Source: Balamuthia mandrillaris
Taxonomy: Eukaryota
NCBI GenBank assembly: GCA_031835245.2
Contig: JAVKOQ020000048.1
Coordinates: 124,001-188,000, forward strand
DNA: 64,000 bases
Reading direction: 5' to 3'
A program made the translations under genes and the position numbers. The notes under the pieces were generated by a model. The model was not told the origin of the DNA and searched no databases. It worked only from the letters and a program-made list of their open reading frames with translations. Positions 1 through 13,060 of this stretch are shown here, in pieces. The stretch's first letter is position 1. Every line of letters starts with the position of its first letter.

Positions 1-373
1 TCGGGTTGAAGAACATGAGGGAAGCAAAGCCAGTGTTATTGGAGCTGATGAAGAGCGTTGCAAAGTATCAACAACTTTTACGGCGTACCACACTCGTTTC
101 TTCGTGTTCTTTTCCTTGTTGATGTTCTTCTGCCTCTTCTTCTTATTGTTCTTCTGCTTCATCTCCTTCTTGTTATCTGCTTCTACTTCTTCTTGTGCTT
201 GTTGGTTCCTCTTTCTTTCTCTTTGTCTTTCATCTGAATGCTGATTATTTTCTGGCGGTCAGTTCTGAACGAAGTAGGACTTGGAATAGCTGAGCTGGTC
301 TCTCAACTTTCCACTCTTCACACTGGAGATCTTGGTATGCCTTCTTTGCTTGCAACTTCTCACTTCTTTCTAC

Positions 374-406
<33 letters not shown>

Positions 407-2205
407 GTATTCTCTCCAGCTAAATATTTTTGTTAAAAAACAGGAGAGGGAATAAAAACGTTAAGCCAACACTTTGAAACTGTAGAAAAGAAGAAGGAGG
501 TCTATGCTGAGAGACTGCAGCTGGATATTCTTGATTTTTGGACGCCCGCCAAAATAGAGAACGACTACAAAGACGTCATTGTAAGTCCTTTCCTTCGTTT
601 AAAGTTATTTTTATTTATTCTTTTTTCGTTTCGTTGTCCTAGTCTTAGTCATCTTGTCTTGGTCTTTTCCTTTGCGTTTTAACTCTCGATAACAACAACA
701 AAAGAACATGGAAAAACAATTTAAAAAACAAAGACAACAAAGTCTTTCCTACATTCGAAAACTGGAGCAAAAGACCAACAAAGCTCAACGGAACAAGAAG
801 AAACCAGAGCTCTATCCTCAAATGATAGGAACGTTAACGCAAGCCATTCAAGACCACGACAAGATGTTGGCGGACAGCTTGAGAGAGGTCATTCGAGTGG
901 AGCGAAAACATCTTTGCAAGTTCCTGAAACAGTTTCACAAAGTCAACATCGAAGAAATGGACTATCATAATGTTGGTATGAAGTCACTGGAGGAGAAGCG
1001 ATTGTACTTGAGAGAGCTCTCAGGAACGGAGGAAGCAATTCCACCAGAAGTGGAGAAGCTCATCACAGAATCTGCTCCTGAAACTATGCTTAAGAAGTTA
1101 CACGAGGTTTCTCTATTTTCTTTACTTTCTTTCCTAGAGTCATTTTCTTTCTTCTTTTTCTTTGCTTCTTCTCAACCATATTTCTTAACAAAAACAAGGC
1201 GCACCAAAGTGGATTCTATGACATGTCTTACTCCTATTCGACCATCGAGAGCGCACCAGAAGAAGAGGAATTCAACCTAGAGCCCATTCCACAAGACCTC
1301 TCCGACCTTCCACCGCCTCCCCCGGAATCCATCTACTTTGGCTCAACCCCTTTGCAAGGACCAGCTGGTCACCCTCCCGCTACCATCGCAACTTCTACTG
1401 TTGGTTTTAGTCTGGGTGGCGCAGGAGGCGGAGGAGGACGCATTCAAAGCGCTCCAAATACGATGGCTATGCCGCCACGCCCAGCGAGGAGCCCACAAGT
1501 ACGGGCCAGTTCTCCTGGCACTTTCTCAACTCCTTCTAAGCCAGGTACATGCCTTCTTTTGTGACGTAGCTTCGACGTTTTTTTATCTAATGTATTGTTG
1601 TTTTATAGCAATACCACTCCGGTTGTCCAGCAGCCCTCGCGCCACATCCTCTGTCTCCCCTTTAAATCAGCACGCTAATAACTTTGCCTTTCGCTCAGAA
1701 CGTAATATAAGTACGTCCATCATCTTTTTCCAAACAGGCCTCTCCTCATAATGTTAACCACGTTTGTGCTCTTTCTTCTTCCTTGTTTCTTCTTTCATTC
1801 TTTCTGCTTCGTTCATTCTTCTCCTGTGGTTCCATCCTTGAAGGTGCCATCGACCGACGGAGAAGATCCAAAAGTCTAGGAAGAATCGATGTTACCGCAA
1901 ACCAAATCATGCAAACGGGCTCTCAACCAACAAGCCCGGGAGGAGAAGAACCCCCTCCCACTCCCCCACGCACCATCCAAACATCCTCCTCGATGGTTTC
2001 CGTCTCCTCTCCATTTCAGAGGATGAGAGTCCGTGCCCGAAAGAAGTACGTGGGCAGAGATGCCTCGGAGCTGTCTTTTGATCAAGGGGAGGTCTTCTTT
2101 GCCACCGTTTACACCGGCGATATTTGGACGGGCGAGTTTAACGGCAAGACAGGCAACTTCCCCGCACATTGCGTGGAGAAGCTCATTCAAGTTGGGCCAC
2201 AATAA
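1..2205 (+). CDS. I-BAR (IMD) domain protein with Pro-rich linker and C-terminal SH3 (IRSp53/IBARa-like); 5' end outside window
   Basis: Spliced helical N-terminus (GLKNMREAKPVLLELMKSVAKY...LREVIRVERKHLCKFL) resembles IMD. Pro-rich middle. SH3 (RARKKYVGRDASELSFDQGE...WTGEFNGKTGNFPAHCV) ends at TAA 2205. Confidence 0.7.
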
Positions 2206-2577
2206 AAATTTCGCAACTATTTCCCTTTTTCAGATTCTATTTATTGATAATCCATCGTGCAGTCAGATTTTTTCGAACCTATTAAAACGCAGATAATATT
2301 GTTCCATATATCGACAATAATTGCAGATTTTCGCGCGCTAATTACCCCTTTTTAATTTCTGTCGACCTGAACACTCGTTCTATTTATCGGCAGTTATTCC
2401 CTTATCTCCCCACCAAAAAAAGAATAAAGAAGCTTTAAAAAAAGAGGACACGTCGCGCAATGAGGATAGTGCTCTCCGCTATTATGCTTAAAGAAACCAA
2501 AAAACCTTAAAAAAAAACCTTTTCCTTTAAACTAATAAACAAAAAGGACACAACGACGACGACAACGACAGAAGAAT

Positions 2578-5012
2578 ATGGAGCAGACCCAAGATAGAGG
2601 AGGAGGAGAACAAAGGACCTTTAACAAATCGTCTTTTTCTTCGTTGCCTTCGACGCCACTTACCTCTCCTCGCAACTACGGCTCGAGCAGTCCTTTTGCC
2701 TCTGTGCTCTCTTCTTCTTCCTCTTCTCCAGTTTCTTCTTCTCAGGCTCCTTCTCCTTCCTCCTCTTCCACCCCAACGGCTGCGAGCGGTAGTGGTAGTC
2801 CTGCTGCATTGTACTCCCAACAACAAAAGTTGAACCAACAGCAAGAACGCTCCCTTCAGTTCTTTCGCAGCAAGTTTGACCTGCCTGAAGAAAAGTTGGT
2901 TACATGTACGTCTTCTTCTCTTCTTCACATCTTCCCTGCTCCCTGCTCCTGCTCCCTGCTCCCTGCTCCCTGCTCCCTGCTCCCTGCTCCTGCCCGCTCC
3001 CTGCTCCCTGCTCCCGCTCCCTGCTCCCTGCCCCTGCCCCTGCCCCTGCTCCCTGCTCCCTGCCCTGTCCCTGCCCCTGCTCCCTGCTCCCGTCCCTGCT
3101 CCTGCTCCCTGCTCCCTGCTCCCTGCTCCCTGCCCTGCTCCCTGCTCCCTGCTCCCTGCCCTGCTCCCTGCTCCCTGCCCCTGCTCCCTGCTCCCTGCTC
3201 CCTGCTCCCTGCTCCCTGCTCCCTGCTCCCTGCTCCCTGCTCCCTGCTCCCTGCTCTCTCCTCTCTCCTCTCTCCTCTCTCCTCTCCTCTTGTTCTTTGC
3301 TTATGTGCTTCTCCTTCTGTCATTTCTTTCTTCTCTCGTTGCTCTCATTTCTGTGCTTTTCTTTCACATTGCTCATCATTCTCGTATAACCGTTCACAAC
3401 AAACCAAACCAAACAAAAACAATAGACTACACATGTTCGTTATGGAAAGGTTTTCTGTACAGGAATGGGTGGATGTACCTCTCCGAGAACTTTGTGTGTT
3501 TTTACAGCCAACTGATGAGCGAGAAGGTCATCATTCCCTACAAAGAGATCATCTTGCTCAAGAAGGAAACCACTCATTTGGGGCTCTCCAACTCCATTCG
3601 TATCGTCACCAAAGATGTAGAGGTTGGCTTGCTTTTCTTCTCTAGCTTTCTATTTCTATTTGTTTTAGTTTGCTTCTTATAATCTTTTGTTTGATTTCTT
3701 TTGTTTATTTATATATTTTTCTTTTGTTTCTTTCTTTATTGTCTTTTCTTCCTTCTTTCGTTCTTTTCAAACGAAAGAATTTTAAATAAACTAACATTAA
3801 CATTATACAATAACAGTACCTATTTTCAACGTTCTTTCAAAGAGATCAAGTCTTCTTGCTTTTGGAACAGTTGCAGCAATTAGCCATCGACCGTTTTCTC
3901 ATCAACACTTCGACCACATCAGTGGAAGAAGCGAATGCCTCTTCTCAGAAGCTCGAACGCAAGCTCTCCAAACTTACCTCAGCTGCTAGTAAATCGCGAC
4001 AAGACAGAAGACGAAGGTCCATCATGATAACTGATAGTCCTTCATCTTCTTCTCCCTCATCCTCCTCTGCTTCTTCATTTGCCACTCGTTCTAAATCAGA
4101 TACGACAATGACGTCTGATCAGTGGAGTGATAGAAGATATGCCAGCTACAGTGGCTTAGCTCTTTCTCGTAACAACAAAAACGAGCGATCACCACAACAA
4201 CAAACCAACACAAGAGAAAGGAAACCAAGCCTCACTGATTATGATAACATCAACCATGAAGGAATGGCAGAAGTCAAAAGAATTCAGTTGCTCATGAGCG
4301 AAGAGGAGTTTTTGTCATCTCATCACGGCCTTTCCTCTTCTTCGGATGCCGGTGTCTCACGCACTCGTTCACGATCATCTTCTTGTCCTTCTTCTCCTTC
4401 TTTTATGCCGCGAGTGAGCGCCAATTACGCTCCTTCCTCTGCCAGTGACAGTAGCGTCCCTCTCCCAGAAGAACGACCAGGCGAAGGAGAGGAATTAGAA
4501 GATGGGTTTGTTTTTCTCTCTTCCTCCTCATCTTCAATTCCAGTGGTAAGAGAAGCGGTCTTGTTCGACGAAGATGACGATAAGGAAGTGAGCACGACGG
4601 AACTGTTGGCCAGAAAGCGAAGAAACGAGGAACTTCAGCTGTTGTTCCGAATGCCTCATGGAGAAAACCTTTTGGAAGGTTTGTTCCTGGGTTTTTTTCT
4701 TTTTTTCCTGTTTACTTATATGACATGTTCACGTTAACAGACTTTACTGGCGGGTACATTTGGGGTTCCAATTTGTTCAAAGGCCGGTTTTACTTCTCTG
4801 AAAACTTCCTCTCCTTTCATTACTCTTCAAAACGAGACGATAGCTTCGTTGTGCGTACACACATTTGTATTATGTTTTATTTTTTTTCCTTCCTCGCTTT
4901 GCCTTACTCGCTGTTGTAGTTTACCATTCCATTCCAAGACATCACCGCGATGTGTAAAGACAGGAGAGCCCGACAACAAACAATTAATATTACAGCAGAA
5001 GACACAAATGTA

Positions 5013-5048
<36 letters not shown>

Positions 5049-5481
5049 TCTCAGAATCATCAAGTCTTAATTCTTACTTCCTTTTGTTCTGTTAGTTTGC
5101 CATTACAATGAGCCAAAGAGACACGAAGTTTGAATCCCTGCAGAGGCAGTGGTACCATGTGTTGGCTCGTAACGCAATAGCCACCACCGAGGCTACCGCT
5201 GAGGCTATGAAAAGAGGGTTTGACATTTCTTTCTCCTCTCTCTCATATTATGTATATTGAATTGAAAATAACAAATGAAATGACAAAAGGTTTATGCCAT
5301 GGAGTGTAGATATGTTGGAGAATCGGATCCACTTTAGTGAAGACTATTTGGAAAAACAACAGATGTTGTTTCCTTCGTGGGAAGACCATTTTGCCGCATT
5401 TGGCTCCGGGGTTTGCATGCTGAAAACTCCAGCATTAAAGCTTAAACTTCGGGCTGGCGTTCCTGATGAGCTGAGAGGTGT

Positions 5482-5519
<38 letters not shown>

Positions 5520-6563
5520 CCTCTCTGTTCTCATCTATCCCTTCACTCGTTGAATGCTAATTATGGCATGAAGGGTATTTATGGCAGATATGCAGCGGGT
5601 CCATTCATAAGGCCAAAGCCGATCCAGCCTACTACACCTCCCTCCTCCAAGAGTATCAAGGTAAAACTTCGGTGGCTACCGATGAAATTGAAAAGGACTT
5701 ACGGCGAAGCTTCCCTGAGCATCCTGCCTACCAAACTGAAGAAGGCTTGGCCAAGCTTCGTCGTGTATTGACTGCTTATTCCTGGCACAACCCAGACATT
5801 GGCTACTGCCAATCCATGAACTTTGTGGCCTCTCTGTTGCTGATCTATATGTCCGAGGAGTCAGCCTTTTGGGTGCTCTGCACTCTTTGCGAGGATCTCG
5901 TTCCGCAGTACTACCACAAAGCAATGGTGGGGTCGGTCGTAGATCAGACCATCTTTGAGCACTTGCTGGCGCGGTTCCTGCCCGTCATGTATCAGCACCT
6001 CACAGAGCTCTGCTTCCCATTTGCTATCATCACAATGCCTTGGTTTCTCTGCCTCTTCATAGGATATCTTCCAATGGAAGCCACGTTGAGGATTTGGGAT
6101 GCGTTGTTCTGGGAAGGCCCCAACGTGCTCTTTCAAATTGGACTGGCTGTTTTTAAGATGAAGGAGCAGCAGATCATGGAGGCGATGTCTTGTGATGTGC
6201 TCTTACAGTTGCTTAAGGAACGTGTTCATGTTGATACTGAACAGTTGTTAAAGGTCTGTTTCTCGCTTTTTTACTTTCTTTCGGGTCTCTTTCTTGCGTA
6301 TTGATATTCTCGTCTTTATGATAATTACCAGTATGCGTATAAGGATTTTGATGATTTGCCACTCGAGACCATCAAGGAAATGAGAAACTCACAAAAAGTT
6401 ACCTTCATCACGGACATGGAACAAACTCGGAAGCGAACTACCATTCGTCAGCTTTGCGAGGAGACCAAATGTACGTCTGCCTATTTTATCATATTAATGT
6501 TCTCCTTTTCATTTATTTCATCAACCAATGTTTACCTCATCCGTCTTGTTCTCTTTTCTTGTT

Positions 6564-6621
<58 letters not shown>

Positions 6622-7345
6622 TTCATTTATTTCCTTTTTCAGTTAGCGAAGCTGAGGTAACAGAAATGTACGAAAAGTTTCACTCGGTAATAGCGGAGGG
6701 AGCCACCTTCGACACCATCGATGAAGAACGCTTTGGGCGGATCTGTTTCGACTTTTTGCCTTGGTGGAAGCACGATGCACAACACTTGGTGCAGCCGGCA
6801 TTTCGTGCCTTTGACAAGAACCGCTTTCAACTGCTGGACATTTCGGATTTCGTCAGAGGGCTCAGAGTGTTGCTCAAAGGCAATCTTGAAGAACGTTTTG
6901 CCTGTACGCCTGCTTTCTTTGCTCTTTATCCTTTTTTCCTCTGTTTTTTTTCCCTTGTGGTAAACTCAAACAATATGCATAACAGTTTGCTTTGCAATGT
7001 ACGACGAAGGCTACAGTGGTCATTTAACCAGCGATAAGTTTGAAAAAGTGGTTGAAACTCTCTTGATGTATGTACCTTCTGCTCCTGTTTGTGGTGTTAT
7101 ATTGGAAGTTATGAAGATTGACTTTAAAAATGTGTTTTTTTATTTTAAAAAAAAGGATGTTCACACAAAAACGATCATCGAGAGGCATCACTTTCCAAAG
7201 GTCCAACCAACAGCAGATCCGAAAGTTTGTGGACAATGTGTACCTTAAAATGGCGGATGAAGAAGGCACGCTCTCCTTGTCTCAAGCCAAGCATGCCGTC
7301 TTCCACGACTTTGACCTCGTCTCAGAGTTTAAACTCAAACTTTGA
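2578..7345 (+). CDS. TBC1D8/TBC1D9-like Rab-GAP (GRAM-GRAM-TBC-EF-hand)
   Basis: Two GRAM domains (FRSKFDLPEEKL..GWMYLSENFVCFYS; LFRMPHGENL..GRFYFSENFLSF). TBC fingers IEKDLRRSFP and GYCQSMNFV. EF-hand-like region AFRAFDKNRFQLLDISDF. Multi-exon. Confidence 0.9.
2935..3255 (+). repeat. Imperfect (CCCTGCT)n heptamer tandem repeat in intron 1 of the TBC gene
   Basis: Seen directly; produces spurious LLPAPCS ORFs. Confidence 0.95.
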
Positions 7346-7436
7346 GAGAGAAACAGTATTTTTTTTTTCCCTATTGTATACAAAAAAAAACAACAACACA
7401 AGAGAAAGGTTTGCCTTTTCTTTCTTTCTTTCGTCT

Positions 7437-7608
7437 TTACTTCTTGTTATTGTTGGAAGAGGATGATGCTTCTGTTGTTGGAGCAGAAACGAACCAGTAG
7501 TTTGGATCGCGCAACACTTCTTCTTCCATGATGTGCCTTATTCTATTTGGCTGCAGTGTTGTTAGCGTTGGAGAGCTCGTTAGTTTTTTTGTTTTTCTGT
7601 TGTGAGAG

Positions 7609-7653
<45 letters not shown>

Positions 7654-8161
7654 CGAGAGCGAGAGAGATCTAGGAGAGGGAAAAGAGGGAGAATAGAGAA
7701 AGAGAGCAAGACCAGAGAAGAAAGAAGAAGAAGAGAGAACAAAGTGAGTTAATAATAAAAAAAACCTTAGTGCCATAAGCAAAGTCAGCTTGGTAGAGCA
7801 CCATGGTGGTGTAGAGGGACCACGGGATCAGCCCCACTTTGGTGGCCCCAAAGCCTTTCTTCAAGGTCGCCACACAACCGAGAGTCGTAAACGCGGCCCA
7901 CACACCTCCCAACCACCAAAGCCCTTTTTGGTTTTGTGTAAGAAAAAAAAAAAATAGAAAGAGAGAGAAGAGAAGAGAAGGGTTATTTTTTAACAAGAAG
8001 TGCTTACGTTCGCGCGTGATAGCGATTTGTTGGGCCAACATCTTTTTGCGCATCTCCTCTTGGCCTTTGAGCATGTTGGCCAGCTGCTTCGCCCCCATCT
8101 CTTGCTGCATTTCCCGCTGCTTCTCGCCCATCTTCTCCGCAACCGAGTTGGCCAACCCCAT
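7437..8161 (-). CDS. PLGRKT: Plasminogen receptor KT-like (DUF2368) small membrane protein
   Basis: MGLANSVAEKM...MRKKMLAQQIAITRER, two hydrophobic segments, then YQADFAYGTK, matching the Plg-RKT pattern (AMQIAWSRE; YQYDLGYG). Three exons; ends NNNKK*. Confidence 0.75.
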
Positions 8162-8503
8162 TTTTTTTTTAAAAAAAATATGTTCGTTCGGTGGATAGCA
8201 AGCTCTAACGCCGCTCGGCTTTACGTTACGTTCTGTTGGTGCAGCGTTGCTCGTAACGCAGAGAGGGAGATGAATGACCTTTATGTAAAGAGAGATGCTG
8301 CTGCGCAAGTTTCAAACCTGGTCCACCATAAATGCGGAATTATCGGTTCGTGGGCCGATAGACCTACGATTTTTATCGAAAAAATTTCCTTTACGTGGCA
8401 AATCATTACGAAATATATTTTATATTCGTCGATAAATTTAAAGGGATCGGAGAAGTCGACAAAAATTTCAACAAGACTTACAAAGAAAAAAAGAGAAGAA
8501 AAG

Positions 8504-10700
8504 ATGGAAAGAGAGAAGGAGAAGGAGGGAGCGGGAACGGACACAGCCACCAGCGGGCCTGCCATCAAAAGACGTAAAGCTGGCGATGCACGAAAAGCGG
8601 AGGAGGAGGAGGAGGATTTGTGGACAAGGCTGCTGGCGCCTCTGTTGACGCCCGCTGAATTCGTTCATAGCTGCTGGGAGGCTCAACGGCCGGTTCATCG
8701 GAGCGGCGGCGAGGCGGAGAGAAGAGAGGCACAACAGAAACAGCAGCAGCCGGTGTGCTCCTCCGAACAGATCTTTCAGCTGCTCAAAGCTGGCGGCGAG
8801 GCACAACACCCGCTCTACTATCGAAAAGACATTCGCTTCACTCGGTACATTTTTTTTGTGTAGTGATTAGAGTTTTCATCAAACAGACACTCATTTTTTT
8901 ACCCCTTCTTCTTTGTTCAGTGATGGTGATGTTCCTGTGGGTGAGAATGAGGATGAGAATGAGAATGAGGAGGAGAAGGACCTCATCGATGAAGACGCAA
9001 CGCTCGACAACACTCCGCTGGGTCTCGCCACCTACGAAGAAACCGTGCAAATGCTGGAGAGGGAGTGGTCGGTGCGTATCCTCAATCTGGACTACCGATT
9101 TGGGCGTGTAAAGTCGTTGCTGCGCTCCTTGGACTCGTTTTGGAAGGGAGAGGGAGGCTGCTCAGCTGCCTTAACCTTGACACCACCACAAGTGATTCCA
9201 TTTCCTCCCTACAGCGACACCGAAGACAGGTTCTCCTTCTATGTCTTTTTCAGCTTTCTCTGCTCTCTGCTCTCTGCTCTCTGCTCTCTGCTCTCGGCTT
9301 TCTCTCTAATCCGCTTTCTTCATCATTTAGAATTATTTTTCAGCTGGAGGGCTGCCAGCAAGTGAACGTGTACCGGCCATTTACGGAAGCAGAATCAGAA
9401 GAAGGAGAAACCGTGCCTTACTTTTTCTATGGAGCATCCACGGTACTGATCCATCAAATGGACCAACTGCCAGAAGAAAACGTTCAACTGGACGCTGTAC
9501 TTCATCCTGGTGACATGCTTTATGTTCCAAAAGGTGAAAACTCTTTTTCACGAATTGTTTAAGCGCCTACTGAAAGTTGAACGATTGAAATTTAGGTTTT
9601 ATCACATTGTTTCAAGCATTGGAGATGGAATCAGACTCTCCTTCTGCTTCCTCCACTTATTCTCTGGACCTTGTGTTAAATCTATCTTCGCTGCCCTCAT
9701 GGGAAGACTTTCTGAATGAGACCCTTCAACAAGCACAGCAGAAGCTTCGGCTAGAACCAGGCGCCCGTTCCTTTCCTCACTCACTGGCACCATCGCTCGC
9801 TGTTGCCACTCCTTCTGCTTCTGGAAGCCGCTATGAGCTGCTCACGCAGCAAGCTTCCGATGTTTTGAGAAGTGCTTTGTCACAAACGAAACTTGTTGCT
9901 GACACCTTTCAAAGCAGAAGCAAGTTTCACCGTGAAGACTTTGACTTTAGCAATTGGGTATTTCCTTCTTCTTATCTTTCTTGCTGCTCTCTCGTTGTGC
10001 GTTTTCTTACAAATGTATGTTTGATTTTTAAAAAGGTACGGACACAATACGACATTGAAACGTTGTTGGACGAGAACCAAGGACTGGTTAAAATATCCAA
10101 CTTCTTGCCAGATGTTGTAGCCTCCAAGTTGCTGGAGCTCTTCTCCGTCATATCAGAAGAGGAGTGGGTCATCACAGAGGCAGAACAGAACTACGAGGCC
10201 AACAACATCAACCATGCCTTCATGTCCAGCAAACAGTTTCCCAACCACGAGGCTGTGTTCGACATGTTTCGCTCCCTTTTGCCTCATTTGGAGAGCACCT
10301 TCTCCGCTGGTCGTTATACTTTCTCCCATTTCATCGACCCACATGACGACAAAGCCTACAAGACCGTTTTGGGAAAAACGTATTCCCGGTACATCGCTTT
10401 CATCTACTATTTGACGCCTGATTGGCGGCCGGAGTATGGAGGTGCTCTGAGGGATCTCGAAGGAGACAGTGGTAACGGAGTGAGATACGTTCCAGAGTTC
10501 AATTCTGCCGTTTGCTTTCGAGTGCCCCGCTGGCATCAAGTTGAAAAGATGTTGGTGGACAAGCCTCGGTTTGATCTCCTCTCTTCGTTTTTTTTCCTTC
10601 ACAAACTAATCGTTTAAACGACAGTTATTCAGTGTTTGGTTGGTTCCTGAAACCAGGAAAGCTTTACTCTCTTGATACTCAGCGCCCTGCTGACCAGTAA
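8504..10700 (+). CDS. Fusion of a NO66/RIOX-type JmjC (cupin) domain and a C-terminal prolyl-hydroxylase-type 2OG-Fe(II) oxygenase
   Basis: N-domain: LLAPLLTPAEFVHSCWE, FQLEGCQQVNVY, VLHPGDMLYVPKGFYH. C-domain: PHDD, IYYLTPDWRPEYGGAL, PEFNSAVCF..WHQV, RYSVFGWF. Last exon 10625-10700. Confidence 0.8.
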
Positions 10701-10942
10701 TTTTCTGCGTCTCCCCGAGTTTTACAGTATGTTTGCGTTTAAAGAAACAACAAACAAGCCCGTTTACTGTAAACCATGAAAGAAAGCTAACACTCGACGT
10801 GACCGTAGTGGCAGACATTGAGCCAAATTTAGTTTGCGTCTCCAGGAAGGATGACAGTTGGAGACGAGTGTTAGACGAGTGGTACGCATTGAGCCCCGGG
10901 TCGGGGTCCAAACTATGAGCATTTGTTATCAGGCTTATCGTT

Positions 10943-11968
10943 CAGCTGGAAGGCGGCCAACAAGTGCAAGTCAATCGTCCACTTGAAAAAGGAGAAGAAG
11001 GGCTGCCACTGGATGACGAAGGAGAGACAGTTGATTCCTACGGGCCATCAACCACAGTGTTTCGCGCAAACGTACCAGGAAAAAAACCTAGTACTGGATG
11101 CAGTACTCTATCCTGGCGATATGGTTTACCAAACGTACGACTATTCTCTTTAATACCATGTTTTATTTTCCAACTATTACTAACATTACTTCCCTTCATT
11201 ACACATCTCGCAAAGTTATTGGTGGACAACCCCCGGTTCGTTCCTTTCTTCTTCTTCTTCACCTTCATCTTCTTATCCTTCTTGTTCTTGTTCTTGTTCT
11301 TCTTCATCTTCATCTTCCTCTTCTTCTTGTTCTTCTTCTTGTTCTTCTTCTTGTTCTTCTTCTTCTTGTTCTTCTTCTTCTTCTTCTTCTTCTTCTTCTT
11401 CTTGTTCTTCTTGTTCTTCTTCTTCTTGCTCTTGTTCTTCGTCTTCTGTTCTTCTTCTTCTTCTTCTTGTTCTTGTTCTTCTTCTTCTTGTTCTTCTTCT
11501 TCTTCTTTTCTTCTTCTTCTTCTTGTTCTTCTTGTTCTTCTTCTTCTTCTTCTTCTTGTTCTTCTTCTTCTTCTTCTTCTTCTTCTTCTTCTTCTTCTTG
11601 TTCTTCTTCTTCTTTTTCTTGTTCTTGTTCTTCTTCTTCTTCTTCTTCTTCTTCTTCTTCTTCTTGTTCTTCTTGTTCTTCTTGTTCTTCTTCTTCTTCT
11701 TCTTGTTCTTGTTCTTCTTCTTGTTCTTGTTCTTGTTCTTCTTCTTGTTCTTTTCTTCTTCTTCTTCTTCTTCTTCTTCTTCTTCTTCTTCTTCTTCTTC
11801 TTCTTCTTCTTCTTCTTTCTTGTAGAAATCTTTCTTGTTATTCGCTTTTAACTGGTGAGCAACAGTTATTCGGTGTTTGGATGGTTCTTGAAACGAGAAA
11901 AAAAGATTTACGCTCAAGACACTCTGTCCCAATACGACGACAACATACACAGTCTGTATTCCTACTGA
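10943..11968 (+). pseudogene. Decayed, internally deleted tandem copy of the JmjC/2OG oxygenase gene
   Basis: QLEGGQQVQVNRP...LDAVLYPGDMVY (frameshift in A-run near 11080), LLVDNPR followed by GT, and cag|YSVFGWFLK at 11866 mirror parent segments at 9341-9533, 10545-10570 and 10625-10660. Confidence 0.75.
11240..11820 (+). repeat. (TTC/TTG)n triplet microsatellite in the pseudogene intron
   Basis: About 580 bp, seen directly. Confidence 0.95.
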
Positions 11969-12039
11969 CTCCCTCCCTTGTTGCAGAACAAAAACCAACA
12001 CTTTTCTTTTGTTTTAAAATAATTTGTTTGGGCTGAGCG

Positions 12040-13027
12040 TTAGTTGATGGTGAGAACCTGTTGCGCAGCGAAGGAGGTGATGGCCGTGTTGTCTTTGGGA
12101 AAGCCAGGACAAGGGTGGGTATCCTTGCTCTGTTTTGTGCCGCTCATCTCCACATGGTCGCTGAGGAAGGCACACTTTTCATCGCACCATCCATTGCCTC
12201 CATCGTTGGCCGAGTTGCCAGCGAAGGAAGAATAAGCGATGTTGAGGGTGGCCCCGGTGTCGCAGTAAAACGCTCCTCCCTCATCTGAGAATGGGCAGTG
12301 ACAAAACTTAGTCTCGAACCTCATGAACGGTGAAGGAGGGACTACTCTGCTCTCTTTTCCAACGTACCGGAAACGTGGTTGCCGATGAAAGAAGAGTCCT
12401 GCACGGCAGCCAAGATTTGAGGAGCGATCATCAGTGCACCTCCGCTCTTGAACTTGCCTCCTCCGTTCTCCTGGAATCTGGTGCTCGTCACACGGACCAC
12501 CCCTACCAACCAAGAAAGAAAGGAAGGAAGAAGGAAGGTTTCAGTTGGAAACACAGACCTTCTGGAACAACAGAGGAATAAACAAAAAAAACGGACCTTT
12601 GGAAGCGTCGGCGGGGTTGTTAGAGTTAGGGATGGTGTGAATCGCATTGGCGTTGCGATAGAAACGAGAGTTGGCCACCCACACCGCATACTCGTATTGG
12701 TTTTGATAGTAGTCTGGATAGCCGATGATAGCGTTGAGAAGGTGTGAAGCATCAAAGTTGTCCAGTTTAAGCGTGGCACCCCCAAGAATGTTTATTCCTG
12801 CATGTGGAATACCATCAGTTGTTTTTAGTGTGAATATATTGGAAACTAACCACAAACAAAAGAGGATGTTGTGAGTACCATTTCCAGTTTGGTTGAAGCC
12901 CTTCATGACGATGTTTTGCATGACGATGGGAGTTTGAATGAAGTTGTTGAACTTGTAGAGTATATTGACGCTAGTGGTGTCATTGACAAAGGTTGTGTTC
13001 CTAACGGTGACAGCGCCATCTGTAACA

Positions 13028-13060
<33 letters not shown>

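Noticed and set aside
2935..3255. Heptamer array as CRISPR or telomeric repeat
   Set aside because: No spacers, not TTAGGG-like, and it lies inside an intron.
10964..12036. Long poly-F/L/S/K/E ORFs (also at 2876-3682, 16525-17118, 20299-21032, 22385-22864, 62805-63538)
   Set aside because: Translations of stop-free microsatellites inside introns.
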